A DNA stretch of 64,000 nucleotides, taken from IMG/VR virus record IMGVR_UViG_3300028394_000037, one strand, 5' to 3'. The stretch is from a virus. Below are positions 20,280 to 29,723 of the stretch, one piece after another; within the stretch, counting starts at the first letter, position 1; each line of letters opens with the position of its first letter. The translations under genes and the position numbers were made by a program. The notes beneath the pieces were generated by a model, which was not told the origin of the DNA, searched no databases, and saw only the letters and a program-made list of their open reading frames with translations.

Positions 20280-22205
20280 TTAAAATGTTATAGAACCGGA
20301 TGCATCCCAAATATATGTTCTATATCCACCAGAAGGAGCTCCTGATGATGTAGTTCCTGTGGTTGAACTTGCCACTGAATATGCATCAGGATAACGAATT
20401 ACAATTCTACCAGATCCACCATTACCACCACCTCCACGATTTCCACAACCACCTCCACCACCGCCACTATTAGTGCCGCCAGAATCTCCACCTCTACTAT
20501 TATGTCCACCGCTGCCACCACCACCTGGTCCACCACTTCCAGGTCCATTAGAATCTGATCCACCGCCACCACCACCAGAATAAGTATTTCCAGTCATAGG
20601 ATCATATATTCCAGATCCTCCTGGTCCACCATTTGAAGATCCACCTTGAGCACCAGGATGAGGAACTGATCCGCCAGCACCACCGGCACCACCTCCGCCA
20701 CCACCGGATCCTTGATATGGATCATAATGCCCGTGATTTCCGGAACCACCAGGATTTCCTTGAGGTCCACCAGTTCCACCCTTAAAGTAATCATCGTTTG
20801 GAGAATCTCCATCTCCACCACCACCAGATGCACTACCAGGAGTACCAGGAACAGGACCACCACGAGCTCCACCCCACGCAGTTATTCCACCAAAACCAGA
20901 TTGTGATCCACTTCCACTTCCGCCTCCACCACCTCCAATAGTGATTGTATAAGGAGATCCAGGAGTAATTGGAGTTGTAGATGCCAGATATCCACCGGCA
21001 CCTCCACCTCCACCGCCACGTTCGTGTCCTTCTGATCCACCACCACCGCCTCCAACAACAAGATATTGAACACTAGTGGGTTTTGGTAACGTTACATTAA
21101 TAGAATTTGAGGTTACTGTTACAGAACCTGCAGTGTTTGTTGAAGTTGCATTCACTGTAATATTTTTACTCAAATCACCAGAAACAATAGTATAAGTACT
21201 TCCACCAGTTTGAACAGCAGATGCTCCACTATACCACACCCAACTTACTGATGAAGTTGGATTTGAAGAAAAAGTTGCCGTCGTATATGTGAGTGTAGAT
21301 CCAACAGTAGAGGATCCAGAAATAGTACCATCGGTTAATGAAGTATTGTATATGCTATTTGAACTAGAATTATCTAATGTAATATTTCCTGGTCCAGTAA
21401 ATTTATAATACTTGTACCCACTAACTGTACTAAAATTATAACTACCACTTACCGAAGATGCATCAGAATATGTGGAAGAGTACCTAATAATTACAACTCC
21501 TGGTCCTCCGCTTCCTCCGATACCATAGGGATCATTTCTTTGTCCTCCAGCGGCAGGTCCTCCATTTCCAGAATTTGATGGTTGTGGAGTTCCTGGAGAT
21601 GAATAATTCCAACCACTACCACTTCCACCTACTGCATATGTAACACCATCAAACCAAGTTCTTCCTACCCCACCAGAACCAGCAGCACCGTCAGTAACTC
21701 CATTGCCACCAACACCACCGGCACCGCCACCGCCACCACCGGTTCCTCTATCATTATCTGGAGTTCCTGTAGGTGGTCCATAATTACCACCTGGATAACC
21801 TTGTTGATTTGGTCCAGGGTATCCATAACCAGATCCACCGGCACCACCACCAGACCCACCAGGAGATCCAGGGGCACCTCCACCATAAGCTGTTATTGGA
21901 GTTATACTAGGACTAACTAATGTTGAAGGTTGTCCAGCACTACCACTAGGTCCACCATTACCAACTGAAATTGTAAAAACTGTTCCATTTAATATTTCAG
22001 TGGATGCAGATACATATCCTCCAGCACCTGCACCGTTTTGTCCATTCCAGCTAGGTCCTGGTCCAGGAGGTCCATTAGAACCACCACCTCCACCACCCAA
22101 CACCAAATAATCAATTAGTATCTTTGATGTAGTAGTAGATTTCTTACCAAATCCAAAACCACCACTAATAGCACCAATACCAAGTCTTGATAATAATGGA
22201 GACAT
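20280..22205 (-). CDS. Double glycine-rich-domain putative adhesin with central Ig-like domain, 641 aa
   Basis: Two YLV.GGGGGG...G.(V/I).IRY domains flank an Ig-like segment. N-terminus is MSPLLSRL...GFGFG. Confidence 0.7.
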   Translation of the reverse strand: MSPLLSRLGIGAISGGFGFGKKSTTTSKILIDYLVLGGGGGGSNGPPGPGPSWNGQNGAGAGGYVSASTEILNGTVFTISVGNGGPSGSAGQPSTLVSPSITPITAYGGGAPGSPGGSGGGAGGSGYGYPGPNQQGYPGGNYGPPTGTPDNDRGTGGGGGGAGGVGGNGVTDGAAGSGGVGRTWFDGVTYAVGGSGSGWNYSSPGTPQPSNSGNGGPAAGGQRNDPYGIGGSGGPGVVIIRYSSTYSDASSVSGSYNFSTVSGYKYYKFTGPGNITLDNSSSNSIYNTSLTDGTISGSSTVGSTLTYTTATFSSNPTSSVSWVWYSGASAVQTGGSTYTIVSGDLSKNITVNATSTNTAGSVTVTSNSINVTLPKPTSVQYLVVGGGGGGSEGHERGGGGGGAGGYLASTTPITPGSPYTITIGGGGGGSGSGSQSGFGGITAWGGARGGPVPGTPGSASGGGGDGDSPNDDYFKGGTGGPQGNPGGSGNHGHYDPYQGSGGGGGGAGGAGGSVPHPGAQGGSSNGGPGGSGIYDPMTGNTYSGGGGGGSDSNGPGSGGPGGGGSGGHNSRGGDSGGTNSGGGGGGCGNRGGGGNGGSGRIVIRYPDAYSVASSTTGTTSSGAPSGGYRTYIWDASGSITF

Positions 22206-22207
22206 AA

Positions 22208-23158
22208 TTAGAAGAAACCTCCACTTGCTGTACCAAATACTTGATAGTTTGCTGTGGTACTTGCACTACCAACAGTATTGATACCAGTAAAACTAAAGAT
22301 TGTATGCCCGGTTGAAGTGGTCACACCAGAGATTGCAGCACTCAAAGAACCACCAGCCCAACGAATTGTCTTTGATACTCCATTTAATGTAACAGCAGTA
22401 CAAGTTCTTGCAGTTCCCGTAGAGTTTGTAATCACTGCAAATGTAATAGCATAATCATCAAAATCAGAACTTGTTGGAATACCAGTTACCGCAAGTGTTA
22501 CATCGGCAGTTGGATTTGTTGTATATCCTACATTTGCACTTGAAGAATTATATGCAAGACTTACAGTATTTCCACTTGTTCTATAAACTTTCTCTGCACC
22601 TGTGACTGCTCTTGTTTCATTTGGTGACCAAGCAATATTAGTTTCAAGTGCTTTCTTGGTATCATTATAAGTTAATGTCTTATTGGTTGTACCGTAGATT
22701 GTGATTCCTGAACCATCAGCAAGAGCATCAGATGGGGTTGTTGTAGAACCAATACCAATATTCTTATCTGCGACTTCTAATGACGTTGTATTGATAATGG
22801 TTTGAGTACCATTAACTGTCAAATTAGTGAATGTTGCACCAGTACCAGTTATATTTCCTACAGTTATATTAGGACTTCCAGAAAGTCCATAAGCAGTTGC
22901 TGCTGCTGTTGCGGTGGATGCAGTACCAGAAAGATTGTATGCAGTAGTTGCAAAAGATACCGATGAAATACCAGTTAGATTTGCACCAGAACCATAATAA
23001 GAAGTTGCACTTACAATACCAGCAACCTGCAAAGTTGTTGTTGGATTTGTTGTGCCAATACCAACTCGTTGATTTGCATTGTCAAGTTGAAGAACAGCAC
23101 CAGCAGTACCGATGCCGGAACTAAAATCTGCAATTCTTGATGCGTTGGTAATAGCCAT
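22208..23158 (-). CDS. Short fibre/adaptor protein, 316 aa
   Basis: Paralogue of the ORFs at 26142 and 30581 (shared FTNLTVNGTQTIINTTSLEVADKNIGIGSTT core). Ends SGGFF. Confidence 0.7.
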   Translation of the reverse strand: MAITNASRIADFSSGIGTAGAVLQLDNANQRVGIGTTNPTTTLQVAGIVSATSYYGSGANLTGISSVSFATTAYNLSGTASTATAAATAYGLSGSPNITVGNITGTGATFTNLTVNGTQTIINTTSLEVADKNIGIGSTTTPSDALADGSGITIYGTTNKTLTYNDTKKALETNIAWSPNETRAVTGAEKVYRTSGNTVSLAYNSSSANVGYTTNPTADVTLAVTGIPTSSDFDDYAITFAVITNSTGTARTCTAVTLNGVSKTIRWAGGSLSAAISGVTTSTGHTIFSFTGINTVGSASTTANYQVFGTASGGFF

Positions 23159-23205
23159 TATCGTTTTTTAGATATTTATGTTAATCAAAGTGTCTTAATA
23201 AAATT

Positions 23206-23559
23206 TTATTGCAAAGGAATTTGTGGTAAAACAACTTCATTCGGTGATGAAAATGTTTTGGTAATATCTCTTAATTCTTGTCTATACTGTTTCCATTCAT
23301 CAGAAATAGGATTTTTATTTTCCATTGATGATACAACAATCCAATCAGATGAAGTCAATAACTGATTTCTAACAAGTCTTACAGTTTCCCAATCTGGAAA
23401 TAATATATTTTCTTGTCTGATAAAAGTTTCATTTACATATTCATCTCCTATAAATGCTCCTTCAGCGGAGACCCATCCATTTTGCAATGCTTCTTCTTCC
23501 GAACAAATTACAATATTTTTTACAATTTTATCTTCAATAATTGCGTATTTAAATGACAT
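23206..23559 (-). CDS. Tail fibre assembly chaperone-like protein, 117 aa
   Basis: WETVRLVRNQLLTSSDW...EWKQYRQELRDIT...P is the typical phage tail assembly chaperone motif. Confidence 0.75.
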   Translation of the reverse strand: MSFKYAIIEDKIVKNIVICSEEEALQNGWVSAEGAFIGDEYVNETFIRQENILFPDWETVRLVRNQLLTSSDWIVVSSMENKNPISDEWKQYRQELRDITKTFSSPNEVVLPQIPLQ

Positions 23560-23571
23560 TAGTTTTACCTC

Positions 23572-24573
23572 TTAGTATTCAATAATGATTGCACCTTGTT
23601 GACCATTACTCCCTGTAGGTGCGCCACCTAAACCATACCCAGTTGCTTGTGGAGCATCTCCAGAAACATAAGCCTGAACTGTAGATACTGCTGCAAATCC
23701 ACCATAAAGATTTATTTGCCCACCTGAACCTTGTGATATCCCTAATGGAGAACTATTTCCACGAACTCCTCCTGTCCCTGTTATGGTTACTGTATTATAT
23801 GTGAAGGTTGTATCTCCACCAACAGCTCCATAATAACCAGAGTCTCCCAACCCTCCAGCTCCAATAGCATAACTTGCAGTTGTTCCCGAACCTACTATAT
23901 AATACCTAATAGATGTTCCACCACTTCCTCCTCTAACATAAGTTCCACCAGCATTAAAAGAACCACCAGCACCACCACCAGTAGCATAAACTTTTATTAG
24001 ACTAACTCCAGATGGAACAGTCCAAGAAGTTCCGGATGTAAGTGTAACATATGTGGAAAATCCAATGCTTCCTGATGTTAGAGATAAACTACTCGCACTA
24101 ACAGTTCCTACAGTAATATTAGGACTTCCAGAAAGTCCATAAGCAGTTGCTGCTGCTGTTGCGGTTGATGCAATTCCAATTAAATTATATGCAGTAGTTG
24201 CAAAAGCAACTGAAGTTGCTGCGCCAGCAATTGTGCTTACACCGAGAACATTTAAGTTGCCAGTGATAGTTACATTTCCATTTACGGTTCCACCAGAATT
24301 TACATTCAGAGCATCAGCAACACGAAAGTCATCAAATACCTGAAATTCTATCGGGTCTCCTAATATTGCTGGTGAAAGTAGAGTAACTGTGGAACCATCA
24401 CGAGCAGTATAATCAAGAGAATCTACCAGTCTTGAACCATTTCTAAATACAGAAATTTGATTGATTCTATAACCACCAGTTACCGTGAAAAGTGTTTGTC
24501 CGGCAGTTGCAGTAACACTTATAGTTTTTGATGAAATATTGCCCGTGAGTGATACGGGATTACCTATTGCCAT
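23572..24573 (-). CDS. Fibre protein with fused C-terminal Gly-rich domain, 333 aa
   Basis: N-terminal domain resembles the 30581 ORF (VFRNGSRL...DY). Contains the shared adaptor stalk, then WTVPSGV...GGG...GAIIIEY. Confidence 0.7.
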   Translation of the reverse strand: MAIGNPVSLTGNISSKTISVTATAGQTLFTVTGGYRINQISVFRNGSRLVDSLDYTARDGSTVTLLSPAILGDPIEFQVFDDFRVADALNVNSGGTVNGNVTITGNLNVLGVSTIAGAATSVAFATTAYNLIGIASTATAAATAYGLSGSPNITVGTVSASSLSLTSGSIGFSTYVTLTSGTSWTVPSGVSLIKVYATGGGAGGSFNAGGTYVRGGSGGTSIRYYIVGSGTTASYAIGAGGLGDSGYYGAVGGDTTFTYNTVTITGTGGVRGNSSPLGISQGSGGQINLYGGFAAVSTVQAYVSGDAPQATGYGLGGAPTGSNGQQGAIIIEY

Positions 24574-24604
24574 AGTATTACTTTTTTAGTTATTTATGGC
24601 GATA

Positions 24605-25234
24605 TTATTTCAAAAATTTTCTTAGATTTTGAGTGAATAATGCACCTGGTTCAGAATGATCATATCTAAAAAGAACATCAAATCCTAATGTAATTCTTGG
24701 GATATCATTATTGTGAATAGTTGTCCAGTGAAGATAATAAGGAGGAAACAATGTTATCTCACCTTCCTTATTCTCAATTTCAATTATTTCATCTCCATAC
24801 TTATAATAAGTGGATGTGTTGAAAACACATATTGACATAGTTCCAGAAATAAAACTCCAAAGGTCATACTCCTCAGAATGCTTATGCATCCCAATATTTT
24901 CTGAAGATCTTATTACATTTAACCAACCACTAACAGCAGGATCTAATTGATCATTCGTAAAATGTTTTGGTGATAGTATATTGTCAACATAATCCCAATA
25001 ACATTCTTGTATAAAATTAAATAAGGTTTCTAAATCAGTATTTTCTGCAGCATAATCAAATATATTATAAGCACAGGAACGAGTTGATACGTGAGTATCA
25101 TTTAATTTTGTACCAAAATCACTCATATATGGATATCTATTAAGAATTTCTTCTTCTTTACTTAAAAGAAAGTCTGATAATTTGGATATTTCAATGCGAT
25201 TTCCTATTGAATAAGTCTTAATAAATTGTTGCAT
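24605..25234 (-). CDS. Putative 2OG-Fe(II) oxygenase, 209 aa
   Basis: WLNV...MHKH...SGTM...GEITLFPPYYLHWT...RITLGFD gives an HxH...H...R pattern. Confidence 0.75.
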   Translation of the reverse strand: MQQFIKTYSIGNRIEISKLSDFLLSKEEEILNRYPYMSDFGTKLNDTHVSTRSCAYNIFDYAAENTDLETLFNFIQECYWDYVDNILSPKHFTNDQLDPAVSGWLNVIRSSENIGMHKHSEEYDLWSFISGTMSICVFNTSTYYKYGDEIIEIENKEGEITLFPPYYLHWTTIHNNDIPRITLGFDVLFRYDHSEPGALFTQNLRKFLK

Positions 25235-25236
25235 TT

Positions 25237-26145
25237 TTATGGAATAGTAAAGGTCTGATCTGAACCGGTGTAACTAAATCTATACTTAACGTCATCTACA
25301 ATAATAATACAATATCCTGGATTGCCATTATAATCTCCTACCCCATAAACATTACCACCACTAATCCAATCGGGATCTGATTTTGCTTGTGGATGTTGTT
25401 CAGATCCCCATGCCGTATTATTGTTATAAACTGTTTCAATTTTTGGATGAGAAACATATGAAGATCCACCGCCACCTGCACCAGAAGCACAAGCACCACA
25501 GTCTCCATTACCTCCACCTCCACCATAATATCCACCACCCCCGCCAGAACCTTTACAACTCATACCATACCCACCATTCATAAAATACCCATCCTGACCA
25601 GCAGATCCACCACCACCAAATCCACCAGTTCCGGCACCACCTCCATTGCTTTGTGATCCACCACCAGAACCTCCGCCTCCAGGAGCTCCTTGAGGACCGC
25701 CGCCACCCCCAGCAGAAGTTTCTGTACTATCTGTTGACCCTCCAGATCCTCCACCAGCAGCAAGTATCATAGATGATTGATCTACTGAAGGAGTATTTAA
25801 ACCAATATATGATCCACCACCTCCAGAACCTCCACCATCACCACCTCTGGGAGCACCACCACCATACGTTCTACTATCACCATTAGCTGATCCACCTTGT
25901 CCAACCATAATACGAAGAACATTACCAGTTACTAATTCACCATCACGAAATTTTACATAGACAAATCCGCCACCGGCACCATTATAACCACCATTAAATC
26001 CACCACAACCTTGAGATGCTCCTCCACCAGCACCCCATAACTTTATCTCTACTGTTTTAAAACGCTTAACACCTCTACGTCTTCCAAATCCAAAACCACT
26101 TCCGGCAGAACCAGAACCAAACATTCTTGATAAAATAGGACTCAT
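25237..26145 (-). CDS. Glycine-rich putative adhesin, 302 aa
   Basis: MSPILSRM...GFGFG start, then KLWGAGGG...GGGSSY domain. Overlaps the upstream adaptor gene by 4 nt. Confidence 0.7.
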   Translation of the reverse strand: MSPILSRMFGSGSAGSGFGFGRRRGVKRFKTVEIKLWGAGGGASQGCGGFNGGYNGAGGGFVYVKFRDGELVTGNVLRIMVGQGGSANGDSRTYGGGAPRGGDGGGSGGGGSYIGLNTPSVDQSSMILAAGGGSGGSTDSTETSAGGGGGPQGAPGGGGSGGGSQSNGGGAGTGGFGGGGSAGQDGYFMNGGYGMSCKGSGGGGGYYGGGGGNGDCGACASGAGGGGSSYVSHPKIETVYNNNTAWGSEQHPQAKSDPDWISGGNVYGVGDYNGNPGYCIIIVDDVKYRFSYTGSDQTFTIP

Positions 26146-27161
26146 CTAAATCCTCCATTCACAACACCAAGTACATAATAGTTTGCAGTTGTACTTGCAC
26201 TTCCTATGGTATTGATGCCAGTAAAGTTATAGATATCCATTCCACTTGTGGTAGTCACACCAGAAGTAGCAGCACTCAAAGAACCACCAGCCCAACGAAT
26301 AGTTACACTATAACCATTTAATGTAACAGCAGTACAACTTCTTGCGGTTCCAGTTTGAATTACCATTACTCCAAATGAGATTGAATGATTATCAAAATCA
26401 GAACTTGTTGGAATATTTGTGACTGCTAAAGTAATATTACCAGATGGGTTAGTGCATAATCCAATATTTGATGATGATCCATTATATACAAGACTTGCAG
26501 TATTTCCATCTATTCTTGTAAGTTTTTCTGCAACACTTATAAATCTTGTTTCTGTTGTTGCCCAAGCAACATTAGTTTCAAGTGCTTTCTTGGTATTATT
26601 ATAAGTTAGTGTCTTATTAGTTGTTCCATAAATCGTGATACCTGAACCATCAGCAAGAGTATCAGATGGTGATGTGGTTGAACCAATACCTATATTCTTA
26701 TCTGCGACTTCCAATGAAGTTGTATTGATAATGGTTTGAGTACCATTCACTGTTAAGTTTGTAAATGTTGCAGCAGAACCAGTTACATTTCCTACAGTAA
26801 TATCCGGACTTCCTGTTAGACCATAAGCAGTTCCTGCTGCTGTTGCGGTTGATGCGGTTCCCGTTAAACTGCCAGTAACAGTTCCTACAGTTATATTAGG
26901 ACTTCCCGTTAATCCATAAGCAGTTCCTGCTGCTGTTGCTGTGGATGCAATTCCAATTAAATTATATGCAGTAGTTGCAAAAGATACTGATGAAATACCA
27001 GTTAGATTTGCACCAGAACCATAATAAGAAGTTGCACTTACAACACCAACAACATTCAACTTAGATGTTGGGATTGTACTTCCAATGCCTACGTTATTAT
27101 TGGAATCTACTGTAAGTGCATTTGTATTTGATAATCGTGACAGTTCGCGGGCGCGTGTCAT
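26142..27161 (-). CDS. Short fibre/adaptor protein, 339 aa
   Basis: MTRARELS start, shared core, ends NGGFR. Confidence 0.7.
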   Translation of the reverse strand: MTRARELSRLSNTNALTVDSNNNVGIGSTIPTSKLNVVGVVSATSYYGSGANLTGISSVSFATTAYNLIGIASTATAAGTAYGLTGSPNITVGTVTGSLTGTASTATAAGTAYGLTGSPDITVGNVTGSAATFTNLTVNGTQTIINTTSLEVADKNIGIGSTTSPSDTLADGSGITIYGTTNKTLTYNNTKKALETNVAWATTETRFISVAEKLTRIDGNTASLVYNGSSSNIGLCTNPSGNITLAVTNIPTSSDFDNHSISFGVMVIQTGTARSCTAVTLNGYSVTIRWAGGSLSAATSGVTTTSGMDIYNFTGINTIGSASTTANYYVLGVVNGGFR

Positions 27162-27180
27162 TATACGTTTTCTATTTTAG

Positions 27181-27351
27181 TTATTTATCAGATACAACAA
27201 TACCACCGAACTCATAGAGTTCGGCAGTAGCATCTTTTTTTAGGTTATAAATTTTACGGTTTTCATATTCAGTTGTCCATTGGTGATTTCCTTCATAAAA
27301 AATCACCTCGGTACGATCTTGTATCTGATGTTCTTTCTGAATGTGATACAT
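27181..27351 (-). CDS. Small hypothetical protein, 56 aa (not in the ORF track)
   Basis: Manual translation MYHIQKEHQIQDRTEVIFYEGNHQWTTEYENRKIYNLKKDATAELYEFGGIVVSDK fills the intergenic gap. Confidence 0.6.
   Translation of the reverse strand: MYHIQKEHQIQDRTEVIFYEGNHQWTTEYENRKIYNLKKDATAELYEFGGIVVSDK
27201..27229 (-). terminator. Strong hairpin, possible terminator or processing site
   Basis: TACTGCCGAACTC-TAT-GAGTTCGGTGGTA forms a 13-bp stem including G-U pairs. The U-rich tail is weak. Confidence 0.4.
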
Positions 27352-27367
27352 AACTTTTTTTAATTAT

Positions 27368-28078
27368 TTATCGTGCGGCATCAAATGCACAGTGAGCACG
27401 TTCTCCATCGGCAAGAACATAATGAAAGAAGATTTGATGATAATAATCTTGTACTGGTTTTCTAAAAAGTCTCTTCTTGACTCCACCGGGCATCGGTTCT
27501 CTCCAGTGTGGACGTTCACATCCCTTATAAAGCAATCCATCACCGGGTTCTAGATACAAAGAACGTTCTTCACCGGTAGATGTAATCACTTCCTTCTTCT
27601 TATCCAAATAAGTATCAGGAGTTTTGATGATAAATGGCCACCACTCTTTTAAAGATGTACTGATATGAACACTCACCGAAATCTCACAGGCATCTCTGTC
27701 TGCGTGTTTCTTGAGTTCTTGTCCTGAAAAATAAAACCTATCATAATAATAAGTATTATAAAGTTTCCGTCCAATTACCTCTTCCAGTTTGAGACGAATA
27801 CCGGTATGTATCTTCTTATACTGTGGATGAGAATATCGTGCCAGAGAACCATTCACTTGTGCTTCTTCTGGATTGTGATGAAATCTATCCACAGAACCAA
27901 AATAATTGATTTGCCCCCTTTCTTCTGGAACCGGATGATAAAGTTCCTTGGAATCCCATAGATTCTTGAGAACAAGATATCCGTTCTTTTCAAAACTCTC
28001 ATTACGTGTCCATGCAGTTCCCGTATTTCTACGTTCCTGCATCATCAATTCTAGTTCGTTATATTCACATTGTGCCAT
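27368..28078 (-). CDS. Putative 2OG-Fe(II) oxygenase, about 236 aa
   Basis: LKKHADRDACEISVS...GDGLLYKG...HWR gives an HxD...H pattern. Start moved to ATG 28078 to avoid overlap with the upstream gene. Confidence 0.75.
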   Translation of the reverse strand: MAQCEYNELELMMQERRNTGTAWTRNESFEKNGYLVLKNLWDSKELYHPVPEERGQINYFGSVDRFHHNPEEAQVNGSLARYSHPQYKKIHTGIRLKLEEVIGRKLYNTYYYDRFYFSGQELKKHADRDACEISVSVHISTSLKEWWPFIIKTPDTYLDKKKEVITSTGEERSLYLEPGDGLLYKGCERPHWREPMPGGVKKRLFRKPVQDYYHQIFFHYVLADGERAHCAFDAAR

Positions 28079-28079
28079 A

Positions 28080-28700
28080 TCAGACCCACCTCTTACCAAC
28101 CGTCCACCCGACAATGCTCTTACGAACACCCTTTGTGACTTTCAGAACACGATGTTGAGTACGTGAATCAAAGAGTACAATCGTTCCACGCTTTCTTGGA
28201 GCAAAATAACTATTGCCACCTTCATCAATGAACTGAACGTTGCCACCTTCATAATCATCAGGACCAGAGAGTTGTAGAGAGAAGGAAAGTTTCCTTACAA
28301 GTTCAATATTCTCATTCACAAAATCATTTGCAAGTCCTTCTGCACGATTACCAACAGATTGAGGTTTATATTGAGTTGCAAGTCCTGCATCATTGTGCCA
28401 ACCATAAAACTCACCTTCACCATAACGGGTATATTGAAGACTTTCACCATCAATATTCCTCAAATCATACAAGAAGTTCTCACGATTTGCACGTTGAACA
28501 TAGTGCCACAGAAAACCAGCAACCCAGTGAGTTGTAGGAATCCAAGTGTTTTGTGAGTTTCTCTTTTCCTTATTCAGGGCATCTCCATGAAGTCTAGAGT
28601 CTGCCATCTGTGAGTCAAAATTTTCTGTTAAATCTTTTTCAATAATATTTACAATATCTTCTGGAAGATTTGTATAATACCAAACTGACTGTAGAGCCAT
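28080..28700 (-). CDS. 2OG-Fe(II) oxygenase, prolyl-4-hydroxylase/PKHD-like, 206 aa
   Basis: QYTRY...YGWHND...RKLSFSLQL...YEGG...FDS...HRV...RKSIVGW. Confidence 0.88.
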   Translation of the reverse strand: MALQSVWYYTNLPEDIVNIIEKDLTENFDSQMADSRLHGDALNKEKRNSQNTWIPTTHWVAGFLWHYVQRANRENFLYDLRNIDGESLQYTRYGEGEFYGWHNDAGLATQYKPQSVGNRAEGLANDFVNENIELVRKLSFSLQLSGPDDYEGGNVQFIDEGGNSYFAPRKRGTIVLFDSRTQHRVLKVTKGVRKSIVGWTVGKRWV

Positions 28701-28723
28701 ATGATTATAATGTAGTCAAAGGT

Positions 28724-28752
28724 ATTTTATCAGATGTTGAGGAGAATGTCAA
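28724..28752 (-). promoter_or_regulatory. sigma70-type (early) promoter
   Basis: TTGACA-17 bp-TAAAAT with an extended -10 TG, upstream of the oxygenase ATG at 28700. Confidence 0.8.
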
Positions 28753-28766
28753 ATAAATTTTTTTAC

Positions 28767-29711
28767 TTATGTCAGATACCTAATTACAATAACTCCATCT
28801 TGCCCCATACCAGCACCTCCTCCTCCACAACTGGCACCACCACCACCAGATCCAGCAGTACTAGGTATTGTTGGATAAGTTGCAGGAGGAGCATCTACTG
28901 GTCTCGATGTTCCACTTCCTCCTCCAGATGTATTTAAATTTGTTCCTATAGGGTTAGTAAAACTTGATCCACCATTATTTCTAGTTCCACCTCCAGATGG
29001 GATACTTGTCATAACACCTGGTCCATTATATCCCCCTCCACCACCGCCAAATCCACCATTATCTCCCGTTTGTCCTGGACCATTTTGTCCAGATGTTGAA
29101 CCAGGTACATAGGAACCAGAACCACCTCTCGAACTACCACCTCCTGGAGATCCACCAGGAGCACCTCCACCTCCACCACCACCGCCGCCACCAGCTACAA
29201 TATAAAAAATAGACCCTGGACCAGGAGGTTGCGACACTCCAGTAAAACCACCGCCTGCGCCACCACCTCCAGAACTCCCATCAGGACCAGCAGCACCAGG
29301 ATCTCCTCCGCCGTTATTTCTAAACCCAGATCCACTATTATTTGGCCCGCTCCCGCCGTGGTTTGGACCTGCTTCTCCCCTACCACCAACATATACTGTA
29401 TAATTTCCAGGAGAGAAAGTAAAAGTTCCTTTTGATATTCCTCCAGAAGATCCTGATATTCCATCATCTGATGGGAAAAAATCTCCACCACAATCTCCAC
29501 CACCTCCACCTCCGCCACCACCTATCGCAACAATTTCAACATTATTTTGTCCTGCGGATACAGTAAAAGTTTCTGAACCTGGTGTTGTAAAAGTATGAAT
29601 TGTATACGAACCAGAAAAAGTTTTTGTGCCACCAGTCGCAGAAAAAGGAATAGGACCCTCACCAGCACTCCTACCAAACCCAAACTTCAACCCAGTAAAA
29701 AGAGGTGCCAT
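28767..29711 (-). CDS. Glycine/proline-rich putative adhesin, 314 aa
   Basis: MAPLFTGLKFGFGRSAGEG start, then VAIGGGGG...GVIVIRY domain. Confidence 0.7.
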   Translation of the reverse strand: MAPLFTGLKFGFGRSAGEGPIPFSATGGTKTFSGSYTIHTFTTPGSETFTVSAGQNNVEIVAIGGGGGGGGGDCGGDFFPSDDGISGSSGGISKGTFTFSPGNYTVYVGGRGEAGPNHGGSGPNNSGSGFRNNGGGDPGAAGPDGSSGGGGAGGGFTGVSQPPGPGSIFYIVAGGGGGGGGGGAPGGSPGGGSSRGGSGSYVPGSTSGQNGPGQTGDNGGFGGGGGGYNGPGVMTSIPSGGGTRNNGGSSFTNPIGTNLNTSGGGSGTSRPVDAPPATYPTIPSTAGSGGGGASCGGGGAGMGQDGVIVIRYLT

Positions 29712-29723
29712 AATATCAAACTC
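29655..29723. repeat. 69-bp direct repeat, copy 1
   Basis: Identical to 30520-30588 except position 29704/30569. Confidence 0.95.

Noticed and set aside
28079-28129. N-terminal extension of the 253-aa ORF
   Set aside because: Overlaps the upstream oxygenase; ATG 28078 is the more plausible start.
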